A stretch of DNA of 64,000 nucleotides from a virus: the IMG/VR virus record IMGVR_UViG_3300005613_000050, positions 4,927 to 68,926 of that record; one strand, given 5' to 3'. Positions within the stretch are counted from its first letter, which is position 1. Each line of letters begins with the position of its first letter. The notes beneath the pieces were generated by a model. That model saw only the letters and a program-made list of their open reading frames with translations, searched no databases and was not told the DNA's origin. Positions 10,101 to 20,393 of the stretch are shown in pieces. The position numbers and the translations under genes are program-made.

Positions 10101-11332
10101 TTATTAAATTAGCTAAACTTGAGAAGCAACTTAAAGTAACTGGGGGTTTTGATCTTGATAAACTATTAGCTACTGGCGATATTGAGGCAATCAATAAGGG
10201 TATTAGTAGTTATCGTATAGAACTTGAAAAACTTACAAGAGCCCAAGAAGCATTAGGTCTTAAAGTTGATACTACGGAAATTGAGAAGCAGGCTTTAGCT
10301 GTTGAAGAAGCTGGAAAATTAACTATTGCAAATATTCGTAATGAAGAACTAAAGAAAGCCGCAGAAGAAAAAAATAAAATCTTAATTGATAGTATACAGA
10401 AAACAAAAGAAGCATATGAGCAAGACCAAAATCAATTTTTTAATTACTCAAATGAAATAAGAAAAGCATTTAGGGAACTTGCAACTGCAGATGTTCCTTC
10501 TTCTTTCTTCGATCAAAGTGTCTCAACTGATACACTCAATAACTTGAGATTTTTAGCAGAAGAGCTAGACTATATAAGTGAAGATATTAATAAATTCAGT
10601 CTCTCTGATATTGAAGGATTTAAAACCAAACTTAGTACCTTAGAGGAAGCACTTAATATAAAAGTAGAGGGTAAAAAGCTTGCAGAACGGTATCCAGAAC
10701 TTGCCAAAGCATATGCTAAGGCGATAAATGCACTAAACACTAAAATAGACGGTAAAAACTTAATTGATTTTATTAAACAAGCTGAAAGAACTAAAACAAA
10801 ATATGAAGAATTAAAAACTAAAGCAGAAGAGTTTAAAGAAGCACAGAATGGAGTTAATAACTCACAGGAAACTAATTTAACTTTAACACAGCAGTTAACT
10901 ACAGCTACCGATAATTACGCAGAAGCCTTAGAACGTAGAAATAGGGCTATGAAGGATGCAGAAAATATTCGTGCTTTAATTGATAAAACAGAAGAAGCCA
11001 GACAGATAGCACAATGGAATCGCGCTTTCCCTGATGAACCTATACTCAGGGCTAATGGTGGGCGTATTAATGGTACTGATACTGTTCCGGCAATGTTGAC
11101 TCCGGGTGAATTTGTTGTTAATAAACACGCTTCACAGCGGTTTTTAAGTGAGCTTACAGCTATGAACAGTGTTAGGGGCTATGCAAATGGCGGTATGGTA
11201 ACAAATAATACTCAGAGTATTGGAGATATTAATGTTAATCTCCAGAGTAGTGGTAACTCTCAGGTTGATGTACGGCGTATTGCCAGTGGTATTAAACGTG
11301 AGATACGTCGAGGTACGATAAGTAATTTTTAG
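7178..11332 (+). CDS. Tape measure protein
   Basis: 1384 aa coiled coil with TP901-like core (GIKADEAMTLLRN) and GTDTVPAMLTPGEFVVN motif. Confidence 0.93.
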   Translation: MSDFGGRIEFQLGTSIKDIGELSEALKLLNEKMSELVTKSQAVTDAFNQAKTVAKLEKTLEKLAKAEAKVLEEQKKTSAALKNAKALYTDKIASVKKLTDTYDATNTKIKETNTYLLDNNSVLKENLKVLEDGTTELKSYNVATEDQVQAKKKLEAAEKKANKETLSGIKGIQRLMSFTNKLVKGENEASIQKIKLARTTRELNAAEDSQSKQWATMVTQANKLNRAYDRAAKIKAKEHDEAIRLNRAYDANTQLQKRLTSNKIKNVQVTNSYNAALGKETITYKGVTSAGKQYVATVTKVNGVVTNVTSRTKDANAQLDEQKKRLTKLTLSWATFARIAAVQLIHRAISRITMELREATISAKDFSLRIAEIQTISQRNQLSTEAWAEGLKEVSNNLGIDVLDQAEAAYQALSNQITEGAETFEFLTQASKFAITTVSSSADSVKLLSAALNAYELGIEDTNKVAANFFKTIELGRIRSSELADTWGKVAVPARTLNIRMEDVNASLAFMTINGIKADEAMTLLRNIVLKLIKPSTEMKNLFKELGVSSGEAAIATYGFGGFMAELEKRTKGSTTELGKFFTRQRALTGATLFAGKGLEKYNATLKELIAGEADYAKANEIALNNVGRKWEILGTKTKNFFLDFGDLIVNSTIWWADFLGVFDDIKIAQDLEKEYAILRKANQKLIDSNAKVVDAYIRGLNLEVAQANIANNKIIDANKKRIGILKKSFDGYKSYIEGGYKALIETTKNQIKSFASEIEAIEAGGKKFEQFIKSIQISTEKQIFEFELEDKSVSRQIDAVGEKYRETIERARATDLFDPDTAIQELNRARELATQGINLTRQVNKENKKVEAERTKLIKGRNKLEVAKQKIIDAYNLKIFNIESYTTKTIKERAKLKEDANKELAKQLEDNNNKQETFEKKLAGIKATNISQEFTDYKQVYEDLNDVIKGIRERQQEAEKKRIEELGKLKAEQIIKLAKLEKQLKVTGGFDLDKLLATGDIEAINKGISSYRIELEKLTRAQEALGLKVDTTEIEKQALAVEEAGKLTIANIRNEELKKAAEEKNKILIDSIQKTKEAYEQDQNQFFNYSNEIRKAFRELATADVPSSFFDQSVSTDTLNNLRFLAEELDYISEDINKFSLSDIEGFKTKLSTLEEALNIKVEGKKLAERYPELAKAYAKAINALNTKIDGKNLIDFIKQAERTKTKYEELKTKAEEFKEAQNGVNNSQETNLTLTQQLTTATDNYAEALERRNRAMKDAENIRALIDKTEEARQIAQWNRAFPDEPILRANGGRINGTDTVPAMLTPGEFVVNKHASQRFLSELTAMNSVRGYANGGMVTNNTQSIGDINVNLQSSGNSQVDVRRIASGIKREIRRGTISNF

Positions 11333-11337
11333 GATAA

Positions 11338-11367
11338 TTGGCTCCCCTTAATTGGGGAGCCAAATTT
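11338..11367 (+). terminator. Terminator-like hairpin after tape measure gene
   Basis: TTGGCTCCCC-TTAATT-GGGGAGCCAA-ATTT. Confidence 0.6.
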
Positions 11368-11377
11368 GGAGAATATT

Positions 11378-11755
11378 ATGGCAGTTACATTTTCTTATCC
11401 AGTAACATCGCCAACCTCTACTTTAACTCTAAAGTCCCCTGAACTTGGAGATACATACAGTTTAGATACAGGTGTTGAGAATAGAGTAAATAGAGGTAAT
11501 GAGACTTTAGTTGCTTATGATAGTGATTGGGTAAAGACCAGAATAAAAACATTATCCTTTGTAGGTAATAGTGACGCTAAGAAAACAGAGTTAGAGACAT
11601 TTTTATCTACAGTACAAGGATTACAAATAAAATATGTTGACCAGAATAATTATATATGGCACTGTTACATTATAGATAGTGCTGTTGAGTTAGTAAATCA
11701 ATATCGTGAGTGTGGGTGGAGATTTACTCTACAGATTACAGGAGAAAGACAATGA
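11378..11755 (+). CDS. Distal tail-like protein, paralogue 1
   Basis: Follows tape measure gene; ATG 11378 with GGAG RBS. Confidence 0.55.
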   Translation: MAVTFSYPVTSPTSTLTLKSPELGDTYSLDTGVENRVNRGNETLVAYDSDWVKTRIKTLSFVGNSDAKKTELETFLSTVQGLQIKYVDQNNYIWHCYIIDSAVELVNQYRECGWRFTLQITGERQ

Positions 11756-12219
11756 GTATAACATTGAGTTATCCTGTAACTTCACCTACTAATATAGTTA
11801 CTATACCAAATCAAAATATGGAGTATACAGAGACTTTTGAACTACCTTTACAGTATGGTAAAAGTATGAACGGTACTTTTTATACTTATAAAAAGACTCC
11901 AAATAAAAGAACATTTAATTATAGTTTTACTAATGTTAAACAGTCTATACTTGATGATGTTGAAACATTGCTATTAGCGTCGATAGGGCAGCAAGTCAGA
12001 CTAATAGACCAAGATAGTAATAACTGGTCAGTATTGATATTAACAAATCCTTTGGATATTGGCTATGAAAGATATTTAAATAGTACATGTAAAGATGCAG
12101 GTGGTTTTACCTTACAAATGACTGGGACAAGTATCGCAGTAGTAAGTAATAATCTGCTTCTTGAAACAGGTGATTCACTTTTACTTGAGACTGGCGATAA
12201 CTTACTTTTGGAGGCTTAA
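11752..12219 (+). CDS. Distal tail-like protein, paralogue 2, with LLLETGD repeats
   Basis: N-terminus SYPVTSPT shared with previous gene; C-terminal NLLLETGDSLLLETGDNLLLEA. Confidence 0.55.
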   Translation: MSITLSYPVTSPTNIVTIPNQNMEYTETFELPLQYGKSMNGTFYTYKKTPNKRTFNYSFTNVKQSILDDVETLLLASIGQQVRLIDQDSNNWSVLILTNPLDIGYERYLNSTCKDAGGFTLQMTGTSIAVVSNNLLLETGDSLLLETGDNLLLEA

Positions 12220-12220
12220 A

Positions 12221-15184
12221 ATGGCAGATACAAAAGTTTCAGCATTAACTGAGTTAGTAACTCTAGCTGATGTAGATTTATTTTACGCGGTAGATGATCC
12301 GAGTGGTAGCCCTTTAAGTAAAAAAATTACTGCATTAAATGTATATAATTACTTAGCCACTAAAGGTTTTGTAACTAAAGTTGGTACACCTGTTGATAAT
12401 CAAATAGGTATTTGGACAGGTGATGGAACACTTGAAGGTGATACTAATTTAACTTTAGATACGACTAAATTTTCTGTTGGTCTTCCTATTGCTCTTAATA
12501 CTTCTTATACAGTAACTGGCTCAGAACCTATTGGTGCTATTTATTGGGATACTGATAATGCCACATTTAGTGGTGTTCTAGAAGGCGGAGTTGTTGGGCA
12601 ATTTTTTGAAGAAGCCTTCTTCCCTGTACAAAATGATACCGGAGATACTCTTGCAAATGGCACTGTAGCAACCTATGCTTCATCTATTGGAAACAGTGGT
12701 AATATAAGAATTGAACACACAGTGGCCTCAGCAAGTGAAGAACCTTATTTAACCTTAGGACTTATAACAGAAGATATAACAGATGAAGCCACGGGTAAAG
12801 TCACAACACGAGGTAAAGTCAGAGGTATACAAACTAATGGTGCGAACTATAGTGAAACTTGGTCAAATGGAGATATACTTTATAAGTCCGGTACAATAGC
12901 AGGAGGTCTAACTAATGTTGCCCCAGAAGCACCCATACCTGCGATACCTTTAGCTGTTGTTATTTCTGCTCATGTGTCTGATGGTACATTATTTGTACGT
13001 CCGACATTTCCGGTCGCATTCACAGACCTTACAGACGTTAATGGTACGGCTTTAACGGCAAATGGTCAATTAGCTGTTTGGGATAATGATAATAGCTATT
13101 TTGATTTCACTGAAAATATTAATGATTATGTAAAGAATACAGATACTATTTCTGCTAATTTAATTGAGCTTGATGAAATTGGTACAGCGACTTATGATGA
13201 TGTACAAGATTGGTGTAATGGTACACAATCAGCTGGTATAATTAGTGGTGGCGATATTAGTGATTCAGGCTCTGGTGAGATTGATATTTCTACTGTTAAA
13301 GGTATTGTTAAAACTACAAATAGTGATATTGGAGTTAATAACTTTTTTGATCTTACTGGAGTTACAAATCAGCCTTTAACAGACAATTCAACAAACTATG
13401 TTGCAGTTGATTATAATAGCGGTACGCCACAGTTCGTTATTGGTGTTACTAATACCGCTAATGGTCATACAATATTTAACCTAGGTAAAGTTTATCGTGA
13501 AGGTACGTCTTTAGATATTATTGACAGCGGTCTGCGTATTTATGATTTCCAGAAACGTATACAACAACACCATGTTGAAAAGGACACTTTAGAGTTTGTT
13601 AGTGGTGCTATTGTTGGCGAAACAGGTACACGTAATATTAGTATCATGGCAGGAATTATGTATGCAGGTATAAATCGTATCGCAACAGATTCTATTGATA
13701 CTTCTAGTACAGATGATTTCGAGTTTTATTATTATAATGGAGCAGCATGGATTGAAAGTGATGAGACCCAGATTAATAACTCACAATATAATAATATTGC
13801 TACTGGGCTTGTTTCATTGACATCAAATCGTTATGGGGTACAGTGGGTTTATAAGGGCACAAATAGTACAACTTATGTAGTTTGTGGTCAAGGAGACTAT
13901 ACTCTATCACAGGCACAAGCAGCACAGCCACCTTCATCTTTGCCAAATCATGTAAGTGGTTTCGGTGTATTGAGAGCGAAAATTATTATCCAAGAAGGGG
14001 ATTCATCATTCACTGAAATTGAAAGCGTGGAGGATGAGTCTTTTACTGCTTCGACACCAACAAACCATAATGAGCTAAGCAACTTGGATGGTGGGACCGC
14101 AGACGAATATTATCACTTGACGGCTGCTGAGTACGCTGCTCTTGGTAGTTTTAAGCCCTCCGAAATCGTTGCAGACAAGACGGATGACTATTCAATCCTC
14201 ACAACAGACCTCGGTAAAATGCTTACGCTTGGGTATGCTACGGCGGCAGCCAAAACATTCACGCTTCCATCGGTTGGTGCTACAGAGGACCGTAAGTTTA
14301 TATGGATCAGGAATAGTAGTCAATATACTCTAACGGTAACAGCTTCTGATTCTGACACATTAGCGTTCCCGTCCGTCAGCGCACAGTCAATTGATGTTAA
14401 ACCCAATACTGTATTTATGCTGATATTCGATAACGGCGATTCGTTTTGGGAGTTACATAACAAGACAGGCAATAAGATTTATCCCTCGCAATCCTCACTA
14501 TATATGAAGTGTAACAAGTTATTTTCAAAACGTCTCGATCAAGGGATGGCTGATGAGTTACTAGAGCGCCATATACTTAGAGCTATAGGCTCATCATTTA
14601 ATGTTGAAGACGATGACACTTATGAGCTGTTTGGCGGCGGTGTTTATGATTTTACTGGCGCTGAATACCTAAGATCGTCTGCTACGGCTGATCTGTCGGA
14701 TTTCGATTTCTTCGGTGACATTACAGGCGATTATACTCTATTCTTTCGCGCGAGACATGATAGTTTAAGTTCAGATCGTGCGCTATGCGGCCAATATGAA
14801 AATTCAAGTAACTTCTGGGATTTGTACGCCGATGCAACTGGTTTTGTGGAACTAAGAATCCGCACAGGAGGGATTGCACGCGTACTCCCGCAAACTGCTG
14901 CAGGCATTATAACAACTGGGAACTGGTATGATTATGCAATTGTGCGGAAGGCTGGCAATGTAGGTATTTATATTAACGGGACGCTTTTAGCTCACGATAC
15001 ACAGGCAAGCAATTATACGATTGACGGTGCGTTAAATATCGGTCAAAATGGGAATGGAATGTACTTTGATGGCAGAATTCAGGAAGTCTACATGGGGAAA
15101 AATAACATCTTTGGCGCCGACCCAGACGCGGGACTTACTGACACGATAACCATCCCATCTCAATTTTTGGATTTAGTCCTGTAG
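12221..15184 (+). CDS. Tail fibre/appendage with C-terminal LamG domain
   Basis: MADTKVSALTE start, HNELSNLDGG..EYYHLT linker, WYDYAIVR..IYING..YFDGRIQE LamG motifs. Confidence 0.75.
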   Translation: MADTKVSALTELVTLADVDLFYAVDDPSGSPLSKKITALNVYNYLATKGFVTKVGTPVDNQIGIWTGDGTLEGDTNLTLDTTKFSVGLPIALNTSYTVTGSEPIGAIYWDTDNATFSGVLEGGVVGQFFEEAFFPVQNDTGDTLANGTVATYASSIGNSGNIRIEHTVASASEEPYLTLGLITEDITDEATGKVTTRGKVRGIQTNGANYSETWSNGDILYKSGTIAGGLTNVAPEAPIPAIPLAVVISAHVSDGTLFVRPTFPVAFTDLTDVNGTALTANGQLAVWDNDNSYFDFTENINDYVKNTDTISANLIELDEIGTATYDDVQDWCNGTQSAGIISGGDISDSGSGEIDISTVKGIVKTTNSDIGVNNFFDLTGVTNQPLTDNSTNYVAVDYNSGTPQFVIGVTNTANGHTIFNLGKVYREGTSLDIIDSGLRIYDFQKRIQQHHVEKDTLEFVSGAIVGETGTRNISIMAGIMYAGINRIATDSIDTSSTDDFEFYYYNGAAWIESDETQINNSQYNNIATGLVSLTSNRYGVQWVYKGTNSTTYVVCGQGDYTLSQAQAAQPPSSLPNHVSGFGVLRAKIIIQEGDSSFTEIESVEDESFTASTPTNHNELSNLDGGTADEYYHLTAAEYAALGSFKPSEIVADKTDDYSILTTDLGKMLTLGYATAAAKTFTLPSVGATEDRKFIWIRNSSQYTLTVTASDSDTLAFPSVSAQSIDVKPNTVFMLIFDNGDSFWELHNKTGNKIYPSQSSLYMKCNKLFSKRLDQGMADELLERHILRAIGSSFNVEDDDTYELFGGGVYDFTGAEYLRSSATADLSDFDFFGDITGDYTLFFRARHDSLSSDRALCGQYENSSNFWDLYADATGFVELRIRTGGIARVLPQTAAGIITTGNWYDYAIVRKAGNVGIYINGTLLAHDTQASNYTIDGALNIGQNGNGMYFDGRIQEVYMGKNNIFGADPDAGLTDTITIPSQFLDLVL

Positions 15185-15192
15185 GAGAAATC

Positions 15193-15546
15193 ATGTATTG
15201 GAATAAAGAGACGAGAAATGAAGTCGGAGAATATTTTCGTGACGGTAATTGGGGAGTATCGAAGACACCACAACGTCCTGAAAACTTCACAACCACCTCA
15301 CCGCCACAAGAAGCGTTTGAAGGTATACCTTGTGATTGGATATACGGTGAGTGGGTACTAGATGAGAGTGAGCTCGCTAAAAAAGAACTTGCCGAGCTAG
15401 ACTCAGAAGGCGAAATGAACCGGACTGTTGAAGAGATTGTGGATGCTCTTGCTATTGCAGCCCCTGAAGTATATGCTCTTATATCCGAGTATGGTAAGGC
15501 GAAGATTGCCGACCGTAAGGCTAAAAGGGGGAAGATTCATGGCTAA
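15193..15546 (+). CDS. Probable tail fibre assembly chaperone
   Basis: Directly after fibre; TTTSPP..W..GEWV pattern. Confidence 0.5.
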   Translation: MYWNKETRNEVGEYFRDGNWGVSKTPQRPENFTTTSPPQEAFEGIPCDWIYGEWVLDESELAKKELAELDSEGEMNRTVEEIVDALAIAAPEVYALISEYGKAKIADRKAKRGKIHG

Positions 15547-15637
15547 TAAAGGTACACCAAAAAGAGATGGTAGTGGTAAAGGGCGTAGAGCAAATAAAGG
15601 AAGAGGCGGTTGTACTGTGCCTAGAAAGAGGAGTTAG
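15539..15637 (+). CDS. Small basic peptide (MANKGTPKRDGSGKGRRANKGRGGC...)
   Basis: 32 aa, fills the gap, purine-rich RBS. Confidence 0.5.
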   Translation: MANKGTPKRDGSGKGRRANKGRGGCTVPRKRS

Positions 15638-15643
15638 TAACTT

Positions 15644-18600
15644 ATGAAGACCGTACCTGCTAATGCACAAACACTTTTAGATACTAATACAGGTACAGAA
15701 CCTTACTCTATTGTTAAGGTAGAGTGGGGTTCAGGTACTATTTATTATGGAGATAAAGATAATGATTCTTTAAATGTGTTAGGTAAAATATTAAGTGTCT
15801 CTGCTTTATCCAATACAAAAAAGGCTGACAGTTCTGGTAATGTATCTTCTTGTAGCATTGAGTTAGATGATAGTGATGGGAGTTTAAAGACACTATTAAA
15901 TACTTTAGAGATTGAGGGTACTGCATGTACGGTCTATCAATATTTTGATGAGTTAGTAACTCTAGACGATGCTGTTACTCTTCTTACAGGTAAGATTCTT
16001 GAAGATATTTCTTGGGACGAAGGACAAAGAACATTTAGTTTTACTATTGAGTCTATACAAGATGATGGTGAAGTAGGCTATACCATTGAAGAAGGATTTA
16101 TTGATAATTTAAACCCTGATGTTGTTGGCGATAATATACCTTTATGTTTTGGTTCACCAATTTATGTTCCTGCTGTTCAATTAAGAAAAATACCGAGAGG
16201 AACATTAAAAAATGAGATTACTTATGGTGTACAATCTTTTGCTATTGATGATGGAGATTATTTCCCACAAGATGAAGAGATCGAGATAGATATAGATCAT
16301 ATTCGTTTTACCGGTAGTTTTAGTGGGGATGTCTTTACCCCAACAAGCTCTAATGATAATCACTATACAAATTTAACACCTGCAATAAGACCCGCTGAGA
16401 GTACAGACTCTGATACTGATTATACTACATTACTTTGGGTTGATGAGGGTATTCAATTAGAGGGACTCTATGTTATCGTAAGTAAATATGTCGCTGCGGC
16501 TGCTACAACATTTATTATGATTAATAAATGTATTAAACAAGAAGGCACGAAATGTACTTTTATTCAACCTTGGATGCCTAATTATACTGTAAGAGATAAT
16601 GTTAACGCCGTAGTAAATACAACAGAACATAAGTTTAAAATAGAACACTCTGATACCATTTTATATGCAGCAGGACGACCAAGAACAGATTGGGCAGAAG
16701 AATATATTTATTTTATGGACTATGCAGTAACTAAAGATGCCTATGATGGTAAAATATCTGATGTACGTGTTCTAAGATATACTAAAACCCTAGAGAGCGA
16801 TTGGAAACTACCCTCTGGTACTGAAGTTAAATTAGTTAGTAGCTATACAAATCTATTTGCCTGTAATTTAGTTAATTCTTTGCAGATATATGAAGTTATG
16901 GCTTACCGTGAAGTTGATGGTATAAAGAAATTAGTTTCTGTACCTTCATCTTACTATACTAAAAGCTTAAGTGACGTGCAGGGCGGTAAAACATTAACTA
17001 CAATTGAGTTTGATACGGAACTAAGCTATAGAACCTGTGAGAAATGGGAACCTGACCAGATTTATGTAACATTGAAAAGCTCTATAGGTAGTAATATATC
17101 AGACATTATAAGATGGGTTATTGAAAATAATACTGATCTGTCTGTAGATAACACTTCATTTGCAGATGTTAAAACTAAGGTTGCAGATTATCCAGCTAAT
17201 TTTGCTTTATTTACTACAAAAAATGCTATTGCTTTTTGTGAGGAAGTTGCATGGCAGGCTAGATGTGCTATATTGGTTAGTAATAATACAGTTTATTTAA
17301 AGTATTTAAGTGAAGTCCCTACAGGTGATTTTACTATTGATGAGGATTTAGTTGCCTCTAAGACATTAACTCTTGGTCACATGGGCATAGACAACTTAAG
17401 TACAAGATTAATAGGGTCATGGCGACCTAATTATCTACCTGATACAGAAGATAGAAAAATTACTTATAGCAATAATGAAGATGAATATGGTCTTAATGTA
17501 TCCTCAGCAGATATGTACATATATAATGATGAGGATTTAGCTAAACTATCATTATATTTTTGGGGATATAGAGTTAGTAACTCATGGCGTACAGCTTCTT
17601 TTGATGCGTTCTTACAGGCTCTACCTTTAAATGCTTTTGATACCTTAACACACGATATTGCTATTTTAAGTACAAACACAATACGCGGGGATATAAACGA
17701 AAGTAGCCATAATTCAGATACAAATACAATATCTTTGACTTCTGTTTTAGCTTCTAAAGCTGGTGATGAGACTGACGATCAACCTATTGAAGATTTATAT
17801 TATTGGTATGGTGATCCTGCTTACCCTGTTATAGAATCTGAGAACCCAATAACTGTTGAGGACCAAATAACAGGACGCGAAGAAGTTGATTACACTATTG
17901 ATTGTGAGGACGAGTTATCGGCAGATGAAACAGGTACAGATAGTTTTGGTGATGAAGGTGGAGATGGAGGTGGGGCTAATAATTTAAGTATTGTTTGGAC
18001 TAAAACTCCTGGTATTGTAGAGCGTGGAATTAATTTTGATCTTGAGGCTCAAATAATTAATAACCAAAATGTACTTCAAAAATTAAATTTTAATACTTTT
18101 GTAGCAAGTAACTTAACTGACATTAACGATGTAGATAACTTAGGAGGTATAAACTTTGTTGGTGGTATTTGGAATACAAATACAGCTAATATTGTAGGCG
18201 GCTCCGGTGTTGATGTAGGTAATACTTTTAATATTGCTGGTGGCGCTAATATTGTAGGCGCATTATCTCCACAGTTTACAGTAACAGATGAAAGAATATT
18301 AGAACTTACCATAACTGGACCTTATAATGTAACAAGAGAATCTGCTTTTAATGTTAGTATAACTAATGGTCCTGCTTTAGGTGTTTTTGATGTTGACTAC
18401 AATGGTACAGACCCTCTTGATAAGTTGTTCGATGCTACCGGAGCTGAGGTTACTACTGTTACACTTGATGGGGCAGGGGCATGGTCAACAGCAGGTTGGT
18501 ATATTAGTGGAGGTTCAGGTGAGAAATTTGGACGAATAACTTTTGTAGATCAAGCTAAAGTATATAAAGATAGCAGTACAGATGTATTTACTGTCGATGG

Positions 18601-19729
18601 TAATTCAACTTATAACTTAAGTATCGTAGAATATGATAGCACAGTAACACGGGGTGTATCGTTTAATCTTGGGGTGGAGTTAGTAACTCAAGGTGGCGAC
18701 CACATTAACGGGAATGGTACAGTTTATTTATATTTACAAGAATCTACAACAGATGGGGATGATATTGACCCCGATACAATGACAATGCAAAATGGATGGG
18801 CGCACATCGCTACAACTATAGATGGGGGATCAGGCTCCGATACAATAACTATAGTAGCTGAACGAGCTAATACAAATAGTGATAGTGTTATTGTCACTGT
18901 CGATGAACCTTATTTAGTATTTACATCTGTACCTGATCTTGTATATAGAGGTGAGTATTTTGATTTAACAGTACAGGCTCAAGATGTAAATGGTAATATT
19001 TTAACTGTTAATCCAACGGTAGATTTAAGTATCAATACGGGCGATGTTTCTGATGCTTTTACGCCTTTATCAGTTAATTTAGTTGATGGTATAGGAGAGG
19101 TACCTGCAGGTGAAATAGATGGAGGTAGTGGGGATGATTTGACAACATTATTAGCAGAATGTACTGGCTACAGTGATGGTATCAGTGATTCTTTTAGTGT
19201 ATTTGATGATGTAGATAGTTTTGGCATAGTTATTGCTACTTTTAATACACCTTCTATAGCTGTTGATAGCATAAATGGGTATGGATGTAAGATAGATAAC
19301 TATGGAATATCATCTAGATGGTCAAATATTGCTGCTGATACAGGGCGAAGTATTGATCCTCAAGATGAGAGTTGGGGTACGTCCCCTGTAGGTTATGGAT
19401 CACCGGCTCAAAAAGTTTATATAAATGGAGTATTAGTACATGATAATACAGATTCTCCACTTGGTACAAACTATTCTATCGAATATCAGAAATGGAAATG
19501 CCCTTTGATTTATGGTTTAGGCACTCCAGCATTAAAAGCAGGTGATGTTTTAACTTATAAGTTCTTAATCGCTGAGCCTAGTAATCCAAACTGGAAGACA
19601 CCAACACTTATGCTATATTTGTATCAACTTCGTAGTACATTATATCCAACATCACCATCAGTTTTACTTGGTTCAACAAGTATTTTAGGGTCTGCCGGGT
19701 GGCAGACTGCGAGTTTCACTATACAGTAA
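15644..19729 (+). CDS. Tail tip/hub protein with repeated Ig-like domains
   Basis: 1361 aa; IPLCFG motif; repeated V(T/E/Y)RG..F.L..GGSG.D modules. Confidence 0.7.
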   Translation: MKTVPANAQTLLDTNTGTEPYSIVKVEWGSGTIYYGDKDNDSLNVLGKILSVSALSNTKKADSSGNVSSCSIELDDSDGSLKTLLNTLEIEGTACTVYQYFDELVTLDDAVTLLTGKILEDISWDEGQRTFSFTIESIQDDGEVGYTIEEGFIDNLNPDVVGDNIPLCFGSPIYVPAVQLRKIPRGTLKNEITYGVQSFAIDDGDYFPQDEEIEIDIDHIRFTGSFSGDVFTPTSSNDNHYTNLTPAIRPAESTDSDTDYTTLLWVDEGIQLEGLYVIVSKYVAAAATTFIMINKCIKQEGTKCTFIQPWMPNYTVRDNVNAVVNTTEHKFKIEHSDTILYAAGRPRTDWAEEYIYFMDYAVTKDAYDGKISDVRVLRYTKTLESDWKLPSGTEVKLVSSYTNLFACNLVNSLQIYEVMAYREVDGIKKLVSVPSSYYTKSLSDVQGGKTLTTIEFDTELSYRTCEKWEPDQIYVTLKSSIGSNISDIIRWVIENNTDLSVDNTSFADVKTKVADYPANFALFTTKNAIAFCEEVAWQARCAILVSNNTVYLKYLSEVPTGDFTIDEDLVASKTLTLGHMGIDNLSTRLIGSWRPNYLPDTEDRKITYSNNEDEYGLNVSSADMYIYNDEDLAKLSLYFWGYRVSNSWRTASFDAFLQALPLNAFDTLTHDIAILSTNTIRGDINESSHNSDTNTISLTSVLASKAGDETDDQPIEDLYYWYGDPAYPVIESENPITVEDQITGREEVDYTIDCEDELSADETGTDSFGDEGGDGGGANNLSIVWTKTPGIVERGINFDLEAQIINNQNVLQKLNFNTFVASNLTDINDVDNLGGINFVGGIWNTNTANIVGGSGVDVGNTFNIAGGANIVGALSPQFTVTDERILELTITGPYNVTRESAFNVSITNGPALGVFDVDYNGTDPLDKLFDATGAEVTTVTLDGAGAWSTAGWYISGGSGEKFGRITFVDQAKVYKDSSTDVFTVDGNSTYNLSIVEYDSTVTRGVSFNLGVELVTQGGDHINGNGTVYLYLQESTTDGDDIDPDTMTMQNGWAHIATTIDGGSGSDTITIVAERANTNSDSVIVTVDEPYLVFTSVPDLVYRGEYFDLTVQAQDVNGNILTVNPTVDLSINTGDVSDAFTPLSVNLVDGIGEVPAGEIDGGSGDDLTTLLAECTGYSDGISDSFSVFDDVDSFGIVIATFNTPSIAVDSINGYGCKIDNYGISSRWSNIAADTGRSIDPQDESWGTSPVGYGSPAQKVYINGVLVHDNTDSPLGTNYSIEYQKWKCPLIYGLGTPALKAGDVLTYKFLIAEPSNPNWKTPTLMLYLYQLRSTLYPTSPSVLLGSTSILGSAGWQTASFTIQ

Positions 19730-19740
19730 AGGAGAAACAA

Positions 19741-20106
19741 ATGGAAGGTTTTTGGGTTGAAATTTTAGGTTCTATTGCTGCTGTTTTAGGTACTATTTTA
19801 ACTTATTTTACTACTAAAGCTATTAATTATCTTGTTAAGAAAATGAAAGCCACTGATGACCAAAAGAAAGCGTTTGATGCTCTTGCGGCGGGTATGGCAG
19901 AGGCACAAAATAATTTTATTCGTGATGCTAAAAAGGCTTCGGAAGATGGTCGTCTTACTAAAGAAGAGATTAAACAAGCAGAGGAAATGGCTCTTGAGCG
20001 GGCTAAAGAATTAGCAACTGGTCCTGTTAAAGATATTATTCTTAGTTGGGGTAAACAACAGATTAGTTCCTATATTAAGCAGATCTTAAATAAGGAGAAG
20101 AAATAA
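19741..20106 (+). CDS. Holin-like membrane protein
   Basis: N-terminal TM helix, DGRLTKEE motif, after tail genes. Confidence 0.55.
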   Translation: MEGFWVEILGSIAAVLGTILTYFTTKAINYLVKKMKATDDQKKAFDALAAGMAEAQNNFIRDAKKASEDGRLTKEEIKQAEEMALERAKELATGPVKDIILSWGKQQISSYIKQILNKEKK

Positions 20107-20393
20107 TGGCAGTATTTAAACCAAAGAAGACACCAATAACAAAAGAGCAACGTAAAGAGCTAATTGAAAAGAGCAATGAAGCGATGAAGAATTTTAAACC
20201 CGCTCCAGAACCTAAACCTATTAAATCTGTTATTGAGAAGAAACCAGTAGCACCGAAATTAAAGCCTAAGTTAGTAACTCAACCAGTACCTAGACCTATC
20301 CATTTTGTTAGGCTTGAGCCTCCTAAGTTAGTAACTCAAGATTTACGTGGACGGGGTTCTGTAGAGTATCGTGGACGCGAGGATCGAGTATGA
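20106..20393 (+). CDS. Pro/Lys-rich hypothetical protein
   Basis: TAATG coupling; two PKLVTQ segments encoded by the palindrome. Confidence 0.55.
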   Translation: MAVFKPKKTPITKEQRKELIEKSNEAMKNFKPAPEPKPIKSVIEKKPVAPKLKPKLVTQPVPRPIHFVRLEPPKLVTQDLRGRGSVEYRGREDRV

